DNA of 64,000 nucleotides, taken from positions 62,001 through 126,000 of the forward strand of contig RHPI01001855.1 in the NCBI GenBank assembly GCA_009103225.1, read 5' to 3'. This DNA is from Chlorokybus atmophyticus. Its lineage: Eukaryota; Plantae; Mesostigma and Chlorokybus algae. Position numbers and translations under genes: made by a program. The notes under the pieces were generated by a model. The model was not told the DNA's origin. It ran no database searches and saw only the letters and a list, made by a program, of their open reading frames with translations. Positions 37,624 to 49,000 of the stretch are shown piece after piece; the first letter of the stretch is position 1; the number at the start of each line of letters is the position of its first letter.

Positions 37624-40031
37624 AACTGTTATAGCCGTCGTGGGTTGCTAATTACAACCCTCTTCTCCATCTTCATCATGAACTTCCATAGCAACTGCCT
37701 CTGCGGCCATAGATGGTTCAGATAGGTAATGAAAACCACGCAAATCAAGCTCAAGTACACAGCAGCTTAACATTGTTAGCCTCATTCCCGCACTCTTCAG
37801 CGTTGTGTTCACTCCCAATCTCCACAGGTGGTTGTGAAACCATACCATTGTTGCCCGGCAGAGAACGACTAGTGAGGCTCTCCCTTGGGAGATGCGCTGG
37901 AGCACCACCTTCTTTGTATATAGCGCATTGCGTGCATGTGACTTCAAGCATGCTGCCAACAGCATGCCGTTAACAGAGGTTGTTTGGGCACGTCGCGCAA
38001 ACTTACAAAGCTGGTTTATTGCAGCTCCTGACATGGCACCTACATTCGGAGAATTAAAAATACTATCGATCCAATAAAGTGCGCCAGTAAAAGTTGCAAA
38101 GCACTTGCGGCGATAACGTCCACTTACTTGTACCTGGGACACTCTCAGTGATCACCTTCCACAAGTGGTAGTCCGACACAACGCCCGTGGTAGCTTTTCC
38201 AGCAACCTTCGACATCGCAGCCAAATATGATGCCGCCATCCTTGCAGACAAAGCAATAGTCTTCATGTTCTCGCAGCTCCAACGCATCCAGCTCCAGCCT
38301 CGGTCTCATCCTGCAAATCACGTGTTTAGTTCTCCATGTAACACAATCGGTGGTATACTATGGCATTATAATCACAAAGAGTACCGCATGTACTCAAAAC
38401 GCAAGTCACGACGTGCTCCATGACACCTCACTCGAAGTGCTGTTAATTTCGCTCTTGAAACCCTGAACCATATACACAAGATGGTTGTATGTGATGCCAA
38501 GACCGACGAATTGTGAGGACAACGAACCATTCATAGACTAAACTGATATCACCGGAGTGTCGCGGTGCGTGCCTCTGCGCATGAGACTGCGCCTGTCTTT
38601 CACAAGTGCTATTGTTACTTTGTCGTCATCTAAATCAATGCCCTCAAACCACTAGCCCTTGACCTGCAGGCAAGCGAGCACATGTATCAGCTAATTCCGC
38701 TGTACCATTATTGCAACACACGCAACGACAATTGCAACACAACTACTTACGGGGTTGCAGTCAAGGTAGGTTTGTTCTGCAAAGCGCGGCTTGTCTTTTC
38801 GTAGTAATGCAAAGCCCCCACGATGCTGCACCTGGTTGCTCATGTACCACCTCGCTCTGAGTAGATGGTGCTCCCGTCCAGCAATCACTACAACATCAAA
38901 CGATTGCACCCTGCCATACCAGTGGACCTTTTTGGTTGGTCGTCCGCGTCACGCCCAATGGTAAACACGCCACCGTCCATGATGCGGAGCTTCCTCTCAG
39001 CTTCCTCGGCTCTGAACTGGCCAATATCTTTGTAACGTGCTCGGTAGTATTTTGTTAAGCGCTTTGGAAAGATAGGACCGCTCAACAGCTCCTGCTCGTG
39101 CTTTGTGAGCTCCCTAGCAGGTCCACGCCATTGATGCAGCTCAATCATGTGCTCAATGTCACCGGTCAGCACATGCCCTTTTGCTTGAGCCCGTTCACAT
39201 GCCTTCCGTCTCTTGTGCACCTCTCGACTGAAGTCTCTGAACATTGCATACCAACCCCGTTAGACAAGTGTCGATTGTGATGCATTGTGACATGCCGTAC
39301 AAAGCGATTATTAAAAAATCGTACTCTTTTAGCATCATGTACTCGTTGTCATTCTCTGCCAACCTGTGACGGTGCTCGTGCCTTGTCACCTGTGAGTTGG
39401 TCCAATCCACAACCCTCTCACCAAGACACGGTATTCACACCGGAACCTTGCCCCCTCTGCCAAGCACACACGCGCGCCCCGCCACTCGCGTACGCACGTG
39501 CGTGCGCTCGAAGCTACACACCGACTTGTGTAGCGCCTTGGATCGTCACACAAGCAAGCACACACCGGTAGACACACGCTAGCAACCCCTGCTAGCCACC
39601 ACCAAGCTTGCACACAAGAAACTAGGGAGCTAAAGGTTGTATTGCAAATTGTAGAATCTCACTTTTATACCTACCAGTCTGCACATGCTACTGTCTAGAC
39701 GATTCTAGCGCTAGACGGAACTAGAAGCTAAGATATTCTTGCAGAATCTTGTAGTAAACTTCTAGACCTTTCCAACGCACCAAAGATCTCCTAATTTGCT
39801 GCTCATATGGTCAAGTTATACTACTTGGCGCCAGGCCCTTCCAGAAATCTGGTCGAGCCCTTCTCGACTGGCCCTCCGTTTTCTGGCACCTTCCGGACTG
39901 GTCTTGGGGCCCCGGTCGATATCCGCGGCAGACTCATAACTCGCCGATATCCGCCACAAGTCATTAAAAACATGTACCTTACAAATAAGGCCTAAAACGG
40001 CCATGAAAATCACAGAATTTGGCCTTGACTG

Positions 40032-43000
40032 TTACACTCCTCCCCCCCCAGGTGAGCTTCGTCCTCGAAGCTCGCGAGGTTGTCGTCGAGCAAGATAGGC
40101 ACGCACAACGTCTTGAGCATTAGTCAAGTGTGCCTCTGGCTCCCAGGATGCTTCATGCAACGGATAGCCCTTCCATTTCACTAAGAACTTGCGTACGCCA
40201 TGCATAAATTTCTCACCAAGGATGTCTTCTACCTCCCACTCGGGTTCACCGTCTGTGCCAACTTCGGGGGGTGGCCTTTCTGGCGGTTGTCCTCGATATG
40301 CTTTCAGAAGGGAGACGTGAAAAACGGGGTGCACACGCATGGTGTCGGGTAGCTCCAACTTGTACGCCACGTCCGAGATAACTTTGCTGACCTTAAATGG
40401 TCCCAACCAGCGTTCATTCAGCTTGCGAACTCCCGTACGCACCTGGACGTGCTTCGCGGAGAGTAACACAATGTCGCCTTCCTGAAACGTGAGGTGTCGG
40501 CGATGCGCGTCCGCGTACTGCTTCTGCCGATTTTGTGCCACCAATAACGCATCCCTAGCTGCCTTGTTAATGTCCGCGCACTTTGTAAGGAAGTCATTAG
40601 CTGCCTCCACACGCACGTCATGTCGTCGCGGTGTCCATGCCGTCAACGGTGTCAATGGATGTTGCCCGTAGTTCATAAGGAAGGGAGTGACACCTGTGCT
40701 TGCATTGTGGTGGTTGTTGATCGCAAACTCAACCAACTCAAGCAGCTCCTCCCAATTGTCTTGTCGCGCGTTAACGTAGCAACGCAGCATGTCCTCGATC
40801 ACACGGTTGGCCCGCTCCGTTTGCCCATCAGTTTGCGGGTGGAATGCCGTGCTAAACTTCAGTGTGGTACCCAGTGCACTATGCAGCGCCTCCCAAAACT
40901 TACTTGTAAAGCGCGGGTCGCGATCACTCACAATGCATCGTGGTAATCCATGAGAACGAAATACATGCTTCACGAACAAGCGTGCTGCCTCCGGTGCCGT
41001 GCAAGACTCACTACACGGTGCCAAGCGTACCATTTTGCTGGTTTTATCGACGAACACAAGTATAGCGTCGTACCCTTCTTTTGTCTTTGGTAGCCCCGTG
41101 ATAAAGTCCATGGTAACTTGCTCCCACTTGGACAATGGCACAGGGAGAGGTTGCAGCAACCCACCTGGCTTTTGGTTGCTTGCCTTCACCCTTTGGCATG
41201 CGTCGCACAACGCCACGTAGTCGCGCACATCGCGATGCATCTCTCGCCAGTAAAAACGCTGTTTTAAGCTTGCCAAAGTCCTTTCCAACCCTTGGTGACC
41301 AGCAATGGGCACGTCATGAGCTTCCTTCAGTAACTTCACACGGATATGCGCGACGTTGGGGATGTATAAGCGCCCATGGTGCCACAGCAGCCCGTCGCGC
41401 ATTGACCAGTGCCCACTTGTGTCCGTAGCTGTATTTTCCAGCTCTTGCAACACTTTCATACCCTCCGTGTCTTCACGAAGCACTTGCCGAATCTGGTCGG
41501 TCCACTCGGGCTGCACTTGAGCGAGTGCCTCAATTGCATTAAGCCGGCTCAGCGCGTCAGCAACACCATTTGACGTACCGGGCTTGTACTTGATATCGAA
41601 GTCAAAAAGTTGAAAGAACTCAAGCCATCGAGCTTGTCTGCGACTCAGATGAGGTTGTGTATGTAAGTACCTCAGTGGAGAGTGATCCGTCTCAAGCACG
41701 AACTTTTTGCCTTCCAAAAAACAACGCCATTGTCGTAGCGCCATGACTTGCGCTAAAAGTTCCTTCTCGTGCACGGGGTAATTCAGCTCCGCACCACTCA
41801 TCTTCTTGCTGAAGAATGCTACTGGTTGAAGGCCGTTGCCATGGTCTTGCTGCAAAACAGCTCCTACGGCTGTGTCGGACGCGTCGCAAGCCAAAATAAA
41901 TGTCTTTTCCATGTTGGGGTGAGCCAGGACTGGTGCCTCCGTCAGCGCCTTCTTCAGCGCAGCAAATGCATGTTCCTCTGTTGCTGACCAGCTCCAATGC
42001 TTTCCCTTCTTGAGTAGGGCCGTCAAGGAAGCAGCTATGCGCGAAAACCCCATGATAAACTTGCGATAATACCCCGCAAGGCCTAAAAAGGACATCACCT
42101 CCTTTACATTGGTCGGGGCAGCCCACTCGCGCACCACCTGCACTTTGTTGGGGTCCGGCTTGATGCCTTCATGCGACACAATGTGGCCTAGGTACTCCAC
42201 CTCTCGAAGCAAGAATTTGCACTTTTGTAGCTGGGCGTACAACTTGTGTTCGCGCAAACGCTGCAACACGCGCCGTAGAAGTGCCACGTGCTCCTCCTTT
42301 GTTGTCGCGTACACCAAAATGTCGTCGAGGTACACGAGGACTCCCTTACCAATCAAGTCAGCAAAAACGCTGTTCATAAGCGTTTGAAATGTTGCCGGTG
42401 CGTTCGTAAGTCCGAAGGACATGACCAACCACTCGTAGTGCCCATAACGTGTGTTAAAAGCTGTTTTCTCCACATCCTCGGGCGCGATGCGAATTTGGTG
42501 ATAACCTCCAGCAAGATCAAGTGTTGTGAAGTACTGCGCACCTTGCAATTGCTCCAGCAACTCGTCGATACGTGGGAGTGGAAAGCAATTCCTCTTCGTG
42601 ATGTTGTTGAGAGCTCGGTAGTCGACGCACATGCGCAAGCTCCCGTTCTTCTTTCGTACAAACAAAATAGGTGCACCATAGGGGGACTTACTAGGCCTGA
42701 TGTAGCCTCTTTTCAGCAAGTCCGCCACCTGCCTCTCGGCCTCTTCCAGTTCCAAAGGTGACAACTTGTATACGGGTCGATACGGTGGCTTGTGCACGCC
42801 CTCAATCAGCTCCACACGGTGGTCTACGCTCCGTGGAGGTGGTAGACCAGATGGAAGTCCGTCCACCATGATATCTTGGTATTCTTTAACAAGTTTACAC
42901 ACCTCGGGGTCCATAGTAGCCGTCTGAACATCGTCACTCAGCTCCGGTGCTGACTTTGCAGTGTTTTCGCGCACCACGCACAACCATGCAGCCTTTGCCT

Positions 43001-43640
43001 TCCGTGGAGACAATAACTTCCTCAATTGCACATAAGAGATCTGGGCAATTGTCGTACCACCTAATTGTGCGTGCCGCGCCTCGATGACGTCCGATGCAGC
43101 TTGAATGGACTCTCCACCGTTTCGCTCGATGGTGAGCACGCGCTTCCTCCAATTGATGGCTGGATTATGTTGCCATAGCCACGGTAGTCCCAAAATCCCA
43201 TCAAACCCGTTCCGTAGGGTGATGCAGCAAAACCGCATGCTCTCCTTCATCTTCCCAATGCAAACGCACAACTCTTTGGTCATAAACGCAGCGCCATCAC
43301 CTCCAGAGGGTGGCTCTCCATCAGCGAGCTTCACTTCACCTCCTCGTAATGACGAAAGCCAACCGTAACGCCGCGCAATATCAATACTCATAAAGTTGCT
43401 GTTGGCACCGCTATCAATCATGAGCTTACACTCTCTCCATCGTCCTTGGTCATCGCAAATGTGTGCTCGAAGCCCGAAGTACTTTGTTGTCTCCTCGTTT
43501 GCATAACTCACCACCATTGGCGCGTTCAAAGCCATCTCTTCTTGCTTCTTTAATGGAAATGTCACAGCATCCGTCCGTGCATGAGGCTCCTTCCTATCCC
43601 CAGCAGTAGCCTCCTCACCTACTGGGGGAAGTCGTTTTCC
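40032..43640 (-). CDS. pol: Pol of element 2 (PR-RT-RH-IN-chromodomain), in the -1 frame relative to gag
   Basis: An uninterrupted 1177-codon ORF contains [27 protein letters not shown], integrase HHCC and D,D,E, and chromodomain WEVEDIL..FLVKWKGY..EASWEP. The frame stays open upstream to the slippery site. Confidence 0.96.
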   Translation of the reverse strand, partial: GKRLPPVGEEATAGDRKEPHARTDAVTFPLKKQEEMALNAPMVVSYANEETTKYFGLRAHICDDQGRWRECKLMIDSGANSNFMSIDIARRYGWLSSLRGGEVKLADGEPPSGGDGAAFMTKELCVCIGKMKESMRFCCITLRNGFDGILGLPWLWQHNPAINWRKRVLTIERNGGESIQAASDVIEARHAQLGGTTIAQISYVQLRKLLSPRKAKAAWLCVVRENTAKSAPELSDDVQTATMDPEVCKLVKEYQDIMVDGLPSGLPPPRSVDHRVELIEGVHKPPYRPVYKLSPLELEEAERQVADLLKRGYIRPSKSPYGAPILFVRKKNGSLRMCVDYRALNNITKRNCFPLPRIDELLEQLQGAQYFTTLDLAGGYHQIRIAPEDVEKTAFNTRYGHYEWLVMSFGLTNAPATFQTLMNSVFADLIGKGVLVYLDDILVYATTKEEHVALLRRVLQRLREHKLYAQLQKCKFLLREVEYLGHIVSHEGIKPDPNKVQVVREWAAPTNVKEVMSFLGLAGYYRKFIMGFSRIAASLTALLKKGKHWSWSATEEHAFAALKKALTEAPVLAHPNMEKTFILACDASDTAVGAVLQQDHGNGLQPVAFFSKKMSGAELNYPVHEKELLAQVMALRQWRCFLEGKKFVLETDHSPLRYLHTQPHLSRRQARWLEFFQLFDFDIKYKPGTSNGVADALSRLNAIEALAQVQPEWTDQIRQVLREDTEGMKVLQELENTATDTSGHWSMRDGLLWHHGRLYIPNVAHIRVKLLKEAHDVPIAGHQGLERTLASLKQRFYWREMHRDVRDYVALCDACQRVKASNQKPGGLLQPLPVPLSKWEQVTMDFITGLPKTKEGYDAILVFVDKTSKMVRLAPCSESCTAPEAARLFVKHVFRSHGLPRCIVSDRDPRFTSKFWEALHSALGTTLKFSTAFHPQTDGQTERANRVIEDMLRCYVNARQDNWEELLELVEFAINNHHNASTGVTPFLMNYGQHPLTPLTAWTPRRHDVRVEAANDFLTKCADINKAARDALLVAQNRQKQYADAHRRHLTFQEGDIVLLSAKHVQVRTGVRKLNERWLGPFKVSKVISDVAYKLELPDTMRVHPVFHVSLLKAYRGQPPERPPPEVGTDGEPEWEVEDILGEKFMHGVRKFLVKWKGYPLHEASWEPEAHLTNAQDVVRAYLARRQPRELRGRSSPGGGGV
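43598..43640 (-). promoter_or_regulatory. Putative -1 ribosomal frameshift signal (G_GAA_AAC, 6-nt spacer, 9-bp stem-loop)
   Basis: The minus strand reads GGAAAAC GACTTC CCCCAGTAG (12-nt loop) CTGCTGGGG. Pol is in the -1 frame and the gag stop lies within the stem. Confidence 0.7.
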
Positions 43641-44647
43641 TGCTCCACGCCATTTTGCTCCATGGTGTTGACGCGACGATCACGGCGAGGGTTGCCATCC
43701 GGTGTTGGCCTTTGCGTGCTTCGTTTGGGGCATCCGTACGCCAAATGCTCCGTCGACCCACACGCATAACACTTGCGCACACCTTTACCTCTTTCACCAC
43801 GTCCGCCGTGCTTCGCCCCACTTCCCTGTGTGTGTATGGCACCCACCTCCATTGGTGCAGGCCCAGAGTCAGCTCCACCTCCATTGGCAAGTGCTGAACT
43901 TGGTTCTCCTCGTCTCCATGCATGTTGAAAGCCTCCCCGGGGCTGATCACCATGCCTTTGCCTCCAGTCAGTGTTTCTTGTGGTGGACTTGAAGTACAAC
44001 GCGTCGAGACGCTCCGCGATGCGTATAGCCTCCGCGAGTGTCTTCGGGTCCCGTAGCTCCACTTCTTTACGCCCCAAAGGTTTTAAACCACGTGTATACC
44101 TGTCCAACTGCTCCTCCTCGGTCATATTGGGTATGGACATCACCAATCGCTGAAACGCGGCCGTGTACGCCATCACCGACCCCATTTGCACAAGGGCTGC
44201 AAGTTTGTCGCGTGCGGCCTTCACGCTCTCAACGGGAACAAATTGATGCCTGACCTCCAGTGCCAACTCTTCCATGGTGGTCAATGGTAGCGCCAACCCG
44301 TTTGCAACACGCGTACATCGATGCCTCCACCACACAAGTGCTGCACCTTCAAGCAATGTCGCTGCAACCTCCACGTGCAGATGCGTGGGCACCTCCGTGA
44401 GCTTCAACCAAGACGATACTTGAAAAATCCATTCATCCACTGCATCTCCATCACGTTGACCCCTGAATGGCTTGGGCTTTGGCACCTTCACATGCACGCG
44501 CGAGCTTGATGCCATGGGAATTTGTACACGCGCCATCGCATGCTCATACGCCTCGCGTTGTGCTTGTGCCGCCGCTTGAGTGTGATGAAGCTCTTCCCTC
44601 AGTGCCAAGATGGCAGCTTGAAGCTCTTCCATGCGAGCATCCTCCAT
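43619..44647 (-). CDS. gag: Gag of element 2
   Basis: Open ORF with VPKPKPFRG, LEGAALVWW, ARDKLAALVQ..SV..Y...F, and a CCHC knuckle CYACGSTEHLAYGC. The first ATG is at 44647. Confidence 0.95.
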   Translation of the reverse strand: MEDARMEELQAAILALREELHHTQAAAQAQREAYEHAMARVQIPMASSSRVHVKVPKPKPFRGQRDGDAVDEWIFQVSSWLKLTEVPTHLHVEVAATLLEGAALVWWRHRCTRVANGLALPLTTMEELALEVRHQFVPVESVKAARDKLAALVQMGSVMAYTAAFQRLVMSIPNMTEEEQLDRYTRGLKPLGRKEVELRDPKTLAEAIRIAERLDALYFKSTTRNTDWRQRHGDQPRGGFQHAWRRGEPSSALANGGGADSGPAPMEVGAIHTQGSGAKHGGRGERGKGVRKCYACGSTEHLAYGCPKRSTQRPTPDGNPRRDRRVNTMEQNGVEQENDFPQ

Positions 44648-46030
44648 CTCCACTAACACACTACACTCCGCTTCCGAATGAAAAGTGTAAACGCCCACAC
44701 ACTTCCTCTCTCACCTTCGTAAACCGTGCTCCGATACCAGTTGTGACGGTGCTCGTGCCTTGTCACCTGTGAGTTGGTCCAATCCACAACCCTCTCACCA
44801 AGACACGGTATTCACACCGGAACCTTGCCCCCTCTGCCAAGCACACACGCGCGCCCCGCCACTCGCGTACGCACGTGCGTGCGCTCGAAGCTACACACCG
44901 ACTTGTGTAGCGCCTTGGATCGTCACACAAGCAAGCACACACCGGTAGACACACGCTAGCAACCCCTGCTAGCCACCACCAAGCTTGCACACAAGAAACT
45001 AGGGAGCTAAAGGTTGTATTGCAAATTGTAGAATCTCACTTTTATACCTACCAGTCTGCACATGCTACTGTCTAGACGATTCTAGCGCTAGACGGAACTA
45101 GAAGCTAAGATATTCTTGCAGAATCTTGTAGTACACTTCTAGACCTTTCCAACGCACCAAAGATCTCCTAATTTGCTGCTCATATGGTCAAGTTATACTA
45201 CTTGGCGCCAGGCCCTTCCAGAAATCTGGTCGAGCCCTTCTCGATTGGCCCTCCGTTTTCTGGCACCTTCCGGACTGGTCTTGGGGCCCCGGTCGATATC
45301 CGCGGCAGACTCATAACTCGCCGATATCCGCCACAAGTCATTAAAAACATGTACCTTACAAATAAGGCCTAAAACGGCCATGAAAATCACAGAATTTGGC
45401 CTTGACTCAACCACCACTCCAGCTCCTGTCTTGTCTTGCATTCTTTGGCAAACTCAAGACGGTGTTTACGCCCGCAGAGCACATGGTCATCATCACCTCA
45501 CTCCTTGCCCAATCGAAGACTGATATCCGAAATTTCTTTAACGTGTTCATATAAATGTTCAACATAAGTGGGATGGAATATCTGCAGCAATATTGAGCGT
45601 TTAATGCGTGTCCAAGAAATGCAAGTCCACGACATCGATAGAGAAAGAGGTTGCACAAATAATACGGTTGGCCCAAACAAGACTTGCCTTTTGCAGATGC
45701 TTGCTTCCACGTGCTACCTGGCAAAAATCATCCTCTTCACCCACTGCATAAACCGTTCATGCGCCCACTCCCAGTGGTCACGCACAGGACCAAGCTACAT
45801 GCACTGCTCCGGGAAGTGACCAAGGAGGTGCAGCATCATGGTGAGAGAGGTCCTCGGGAAGAACAGCTCCATCTCAGACTGCACCTCATGCACAAGCACC
45901 TGCATCGAACAATGCAAGTCATGCATGCGATAGAAACAGCATACGTACGAGAGTCATAGTAGAGCCATCGGACTAATTCACCTGCAATTTTCCAAGGTGT
46001 GACTGCTTCACGTCCAATCACCTGCTTTTT

Positions 46031-49000
46031 ACGCGCGCACCAGTCGTTCGCGGCCCGCAGACCACGTCTGGTACGCTGTGGCGTACCAGTGCCGCAACTG
46101 GTCCGGCGTGACCGGACCACCGGTGGTCCCGACCTGGAGCCGGACGGCCTGGTCCGATAGACCGGACCAGGGCTGGTTGCGGGCCCCGCGGCCTGCGAAC
46201 CAGTGCAGCACTGGTACAGTACGCCGTTCGGTCAACAGGACCAGGGCTGGTCGCGTGCTCCGCGGCCTGTGAGCCAGCGGACTTGCTTGGCAATACACAC
46301 ATCCCGTGTACACTGCATTGCTTGCGCACCATGCATGGTACGCCGATCGCCTGCTGCTCACAACACTTCCGCTACTCAACGGATGAATCCAGCGTAGGTC
46401 AGCAGAACGCGCAAGCAGCTTGCGGCAGCTTGTAGTCATCCGTGTGTCGCTTGCTGGAATGTCAATGCATGTGATGAGCTGTCGTTGCTGGTGTGCTGCG
46501 GTCCAAGCTGGCGGCGGCGGTGGTGCGGGCAGTGATGGTGAGCGGTGGGTGGTATGTTGCTTCGCTGCTGACATCCACAGCGTTCTGTGTACCGTGGCAC
46601 TGCTGGAGAAGAGACAAGAATCTACTGCTGTAGTCTGTGCAAGCTTGCTCAGTGTCAAAGCGGCCGCTGCTGCTGCCGCTGTTGTTAAGGCTAATGTTGG
46701 CTCTCTTACGGTGGGGTTGTGATGGGTGCAGCTCTTGTTGTTTGACCGGCTGTTAGCAGCTGTTGTTGCTGTGGTTGTCATGCTGCTTCCGGTGTCTCGC
46801 CTGTGCATGAAACGATGTAGCTATTGCATGTGTTTGCTTTGTCGCGTTGATAACTAATGTCAGCAGCTGCTGGCTGGTAGCTTGTCATGGACCAATCAGG
46901 CTGGTGCGAGTTGTGCGAAAGCTTCTTGCCTTCGAGGCAAGTTCCAAGGCAAGTTCCAGTGAAAGTTGTCTGTAGATGTGCATTGGCTAGCTGTCACCTT
47001 GGTCAGATAAAGGTGCTTTGCATGGTTGCCATTGTGCAAACTGACTTGCTGACTTGCTAAGTCATGCGAGTGCCGTGAAGTGTTGCCAACCATAGGATGC
47101 TTGGCGGAGGAGGCTAAAGGCACATGCACAATACTTGTAGGCGCGCGCGTGGGTGTGCATAGTCATGCCTGCGTGTACGCATGTGTGCACGTGTATGTGT
47201 GGGTGGGTGTGCGCATGACTGTTTGTGCACACGTGTAATACTTGGCACTTGTGTCTCATGAGAGTGCCTGATCAGTTTCAATGGAACGGTCACTGCACAG
47301 CTGCCAGGGTGTTACTGCCGGTGGGTGGAGCCGCATGCCGATGCTCTGCTCAGGGCGCGGGACGGGGGGGGTGCTGCAAATAGCTACTTGCACCACCCTA
47401 TAGGTGCACCAACTGGACCTCAAGGTGAGCCGAGGGGGAAAGAGGAGNNNNNNNNNNNNNNNNNNNNNNNNNNNNNNNNNNNNNNNNNNNNNNNNNNNNN
47501 NNNNNNNNNNNNNNNNNNNNNNNNNNNNNNNNNNNNNNNNNNNNNNNNNNNNNNNNNNNNNNNNNNNNNNNNNNNNNNNNNNNNNNNNNNNNNNNNNNNN
47601 NNNNNNNNNNNNNNNNNNNNNNNNNNNNNNNNNNNNNNNNNNNNNNNNNNNNNNNNNNNNNNNNNNNNNNNNNNNNNNNNNNNNNNNNNNNNNNNNNNNN
47701 NNNNNNNNNNNNNNNNNNNNNNNNNNNNNNNNNNNNNNNNNNNNNNNNNNNNNNNNNNNNTTATGTAACATGCGTGTATGCTATACACATGCATGTGGGG
47801 GGGGGGGGCATGTGTCCAACTGCGTGTTCAGCTTCGGGACGTGTTTGCCCGTTTGTACTCCCACAGCCACAAGTACTATGCTCAGGAGCCTACATCATGC
47901 ACTCACCCAGCCACTTACCCAACTGACCGCATGTGCACGCGCATGCGCACCGGCATGCGCGTGCAAGCACGCATGTGCTCTTTCATGCACGTACACATTT
48001 CTTAGTATTGGTATAGAAGGATACCACCTGCCTCATAAGCTGCACTGTGGAGAGAAGCCTATGAGGCAGTAAAAAATAATCGATGGAATCTAGAAGCTCA
48101 TAGGCGGCTGTTCAAAAGCGCTATAGACCGCACAGCTGCGGCGGTCTACAACACTTCTAGTGTTTATATGTAACATGCAGAGTGCCATAGGCTGCTGCAT
48201 GCGACACGGTCTTTCTCTATGTCTCTCTTGCATGAAAGCACACGCGTACGCATGTGCACTTGCCAACAACGCAATGCCCACGCAGGGGCCTGCATGTCCG
48301 CGCGTCTCTGAACGCAACAGCCCGCGGAGGCTTCTCACACAGACGAGCTGATGGCGTTGCAGCCAGTCAGCACGATTGCACATCACCCACTGGGCAAGTC
48401 AATTGCTCACATGTAGCACGCTTGCACACGCACACGCAGAAGCTTATGCATCATCATGGCTGGAAGTGATTGGATGGGGGTTGGTGGAGGGAGCCCGACG
48501 CTGCTGCTCCGCGGACTGGGGGGCGCTACAGCGAGGTGCAAATGCTAAACAGCAGGTGAGGTGAGGGGAGGGAAGGGGGCGAGGGGGAGGAAATGTCCGC
48601 ATACGCATGCGCACGCGCAACTGCACGCACACGGGCATGCATGTATGGGAGTTATTTGGCTGATAGACCGCCGTGGTCTATCAGCCCAAGTAACTGCGTC
48701 ATAGGCTGCATTGCACAGTGCGGCACTGTCCAGTGCAGCCTATGAAGTAGTAGTTGCTATAGGCGACTCATAAATAGCACGGACTAGTGCAGCCCATGAG
48801 ACAGTTCGGCGTAAACACTGTGTATGTGAGTTAAACACCCCCCCCCCCCCCCCTTCACAAGCCATGCACACACACACGCACAAGCATCAGCATACGCATG
48901 CGCACGCTCACACCCGCGCGCGCGCGTGCAGGTATGCGGACCAGGGTTTCCTCTGGTGCTGTGCTTCAATGCCAACAACCGCATCATATTAAGCGCTTCC

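Larger units (their letters stand above)
39365..45407 (-). mobile_element. Ty3/gypsy chromovirus-type LTR retrotransposon 2 (near-intact, very recent)
   Basis: LTRs at 39365-40036 and 44742-45407 differ by only 2 substitutions that I could find. TSD CAACC sits at 39360-39364 and 45408-45412. PBS TGGTATCGGAGC (iMet-like) at ~44728-44739 and PPT GGGGGGGGAGGAG at ~40037-40049. gag and pol ORFs are open. Confidence 0.98.

Noticed and set aside
46880-47050. VVRKLLAFEASSKASSSES, loosely like a hAT dimerisation motif
   Set aside because: The similarity is weak and low-complexity, with no supporting upstream motifs.
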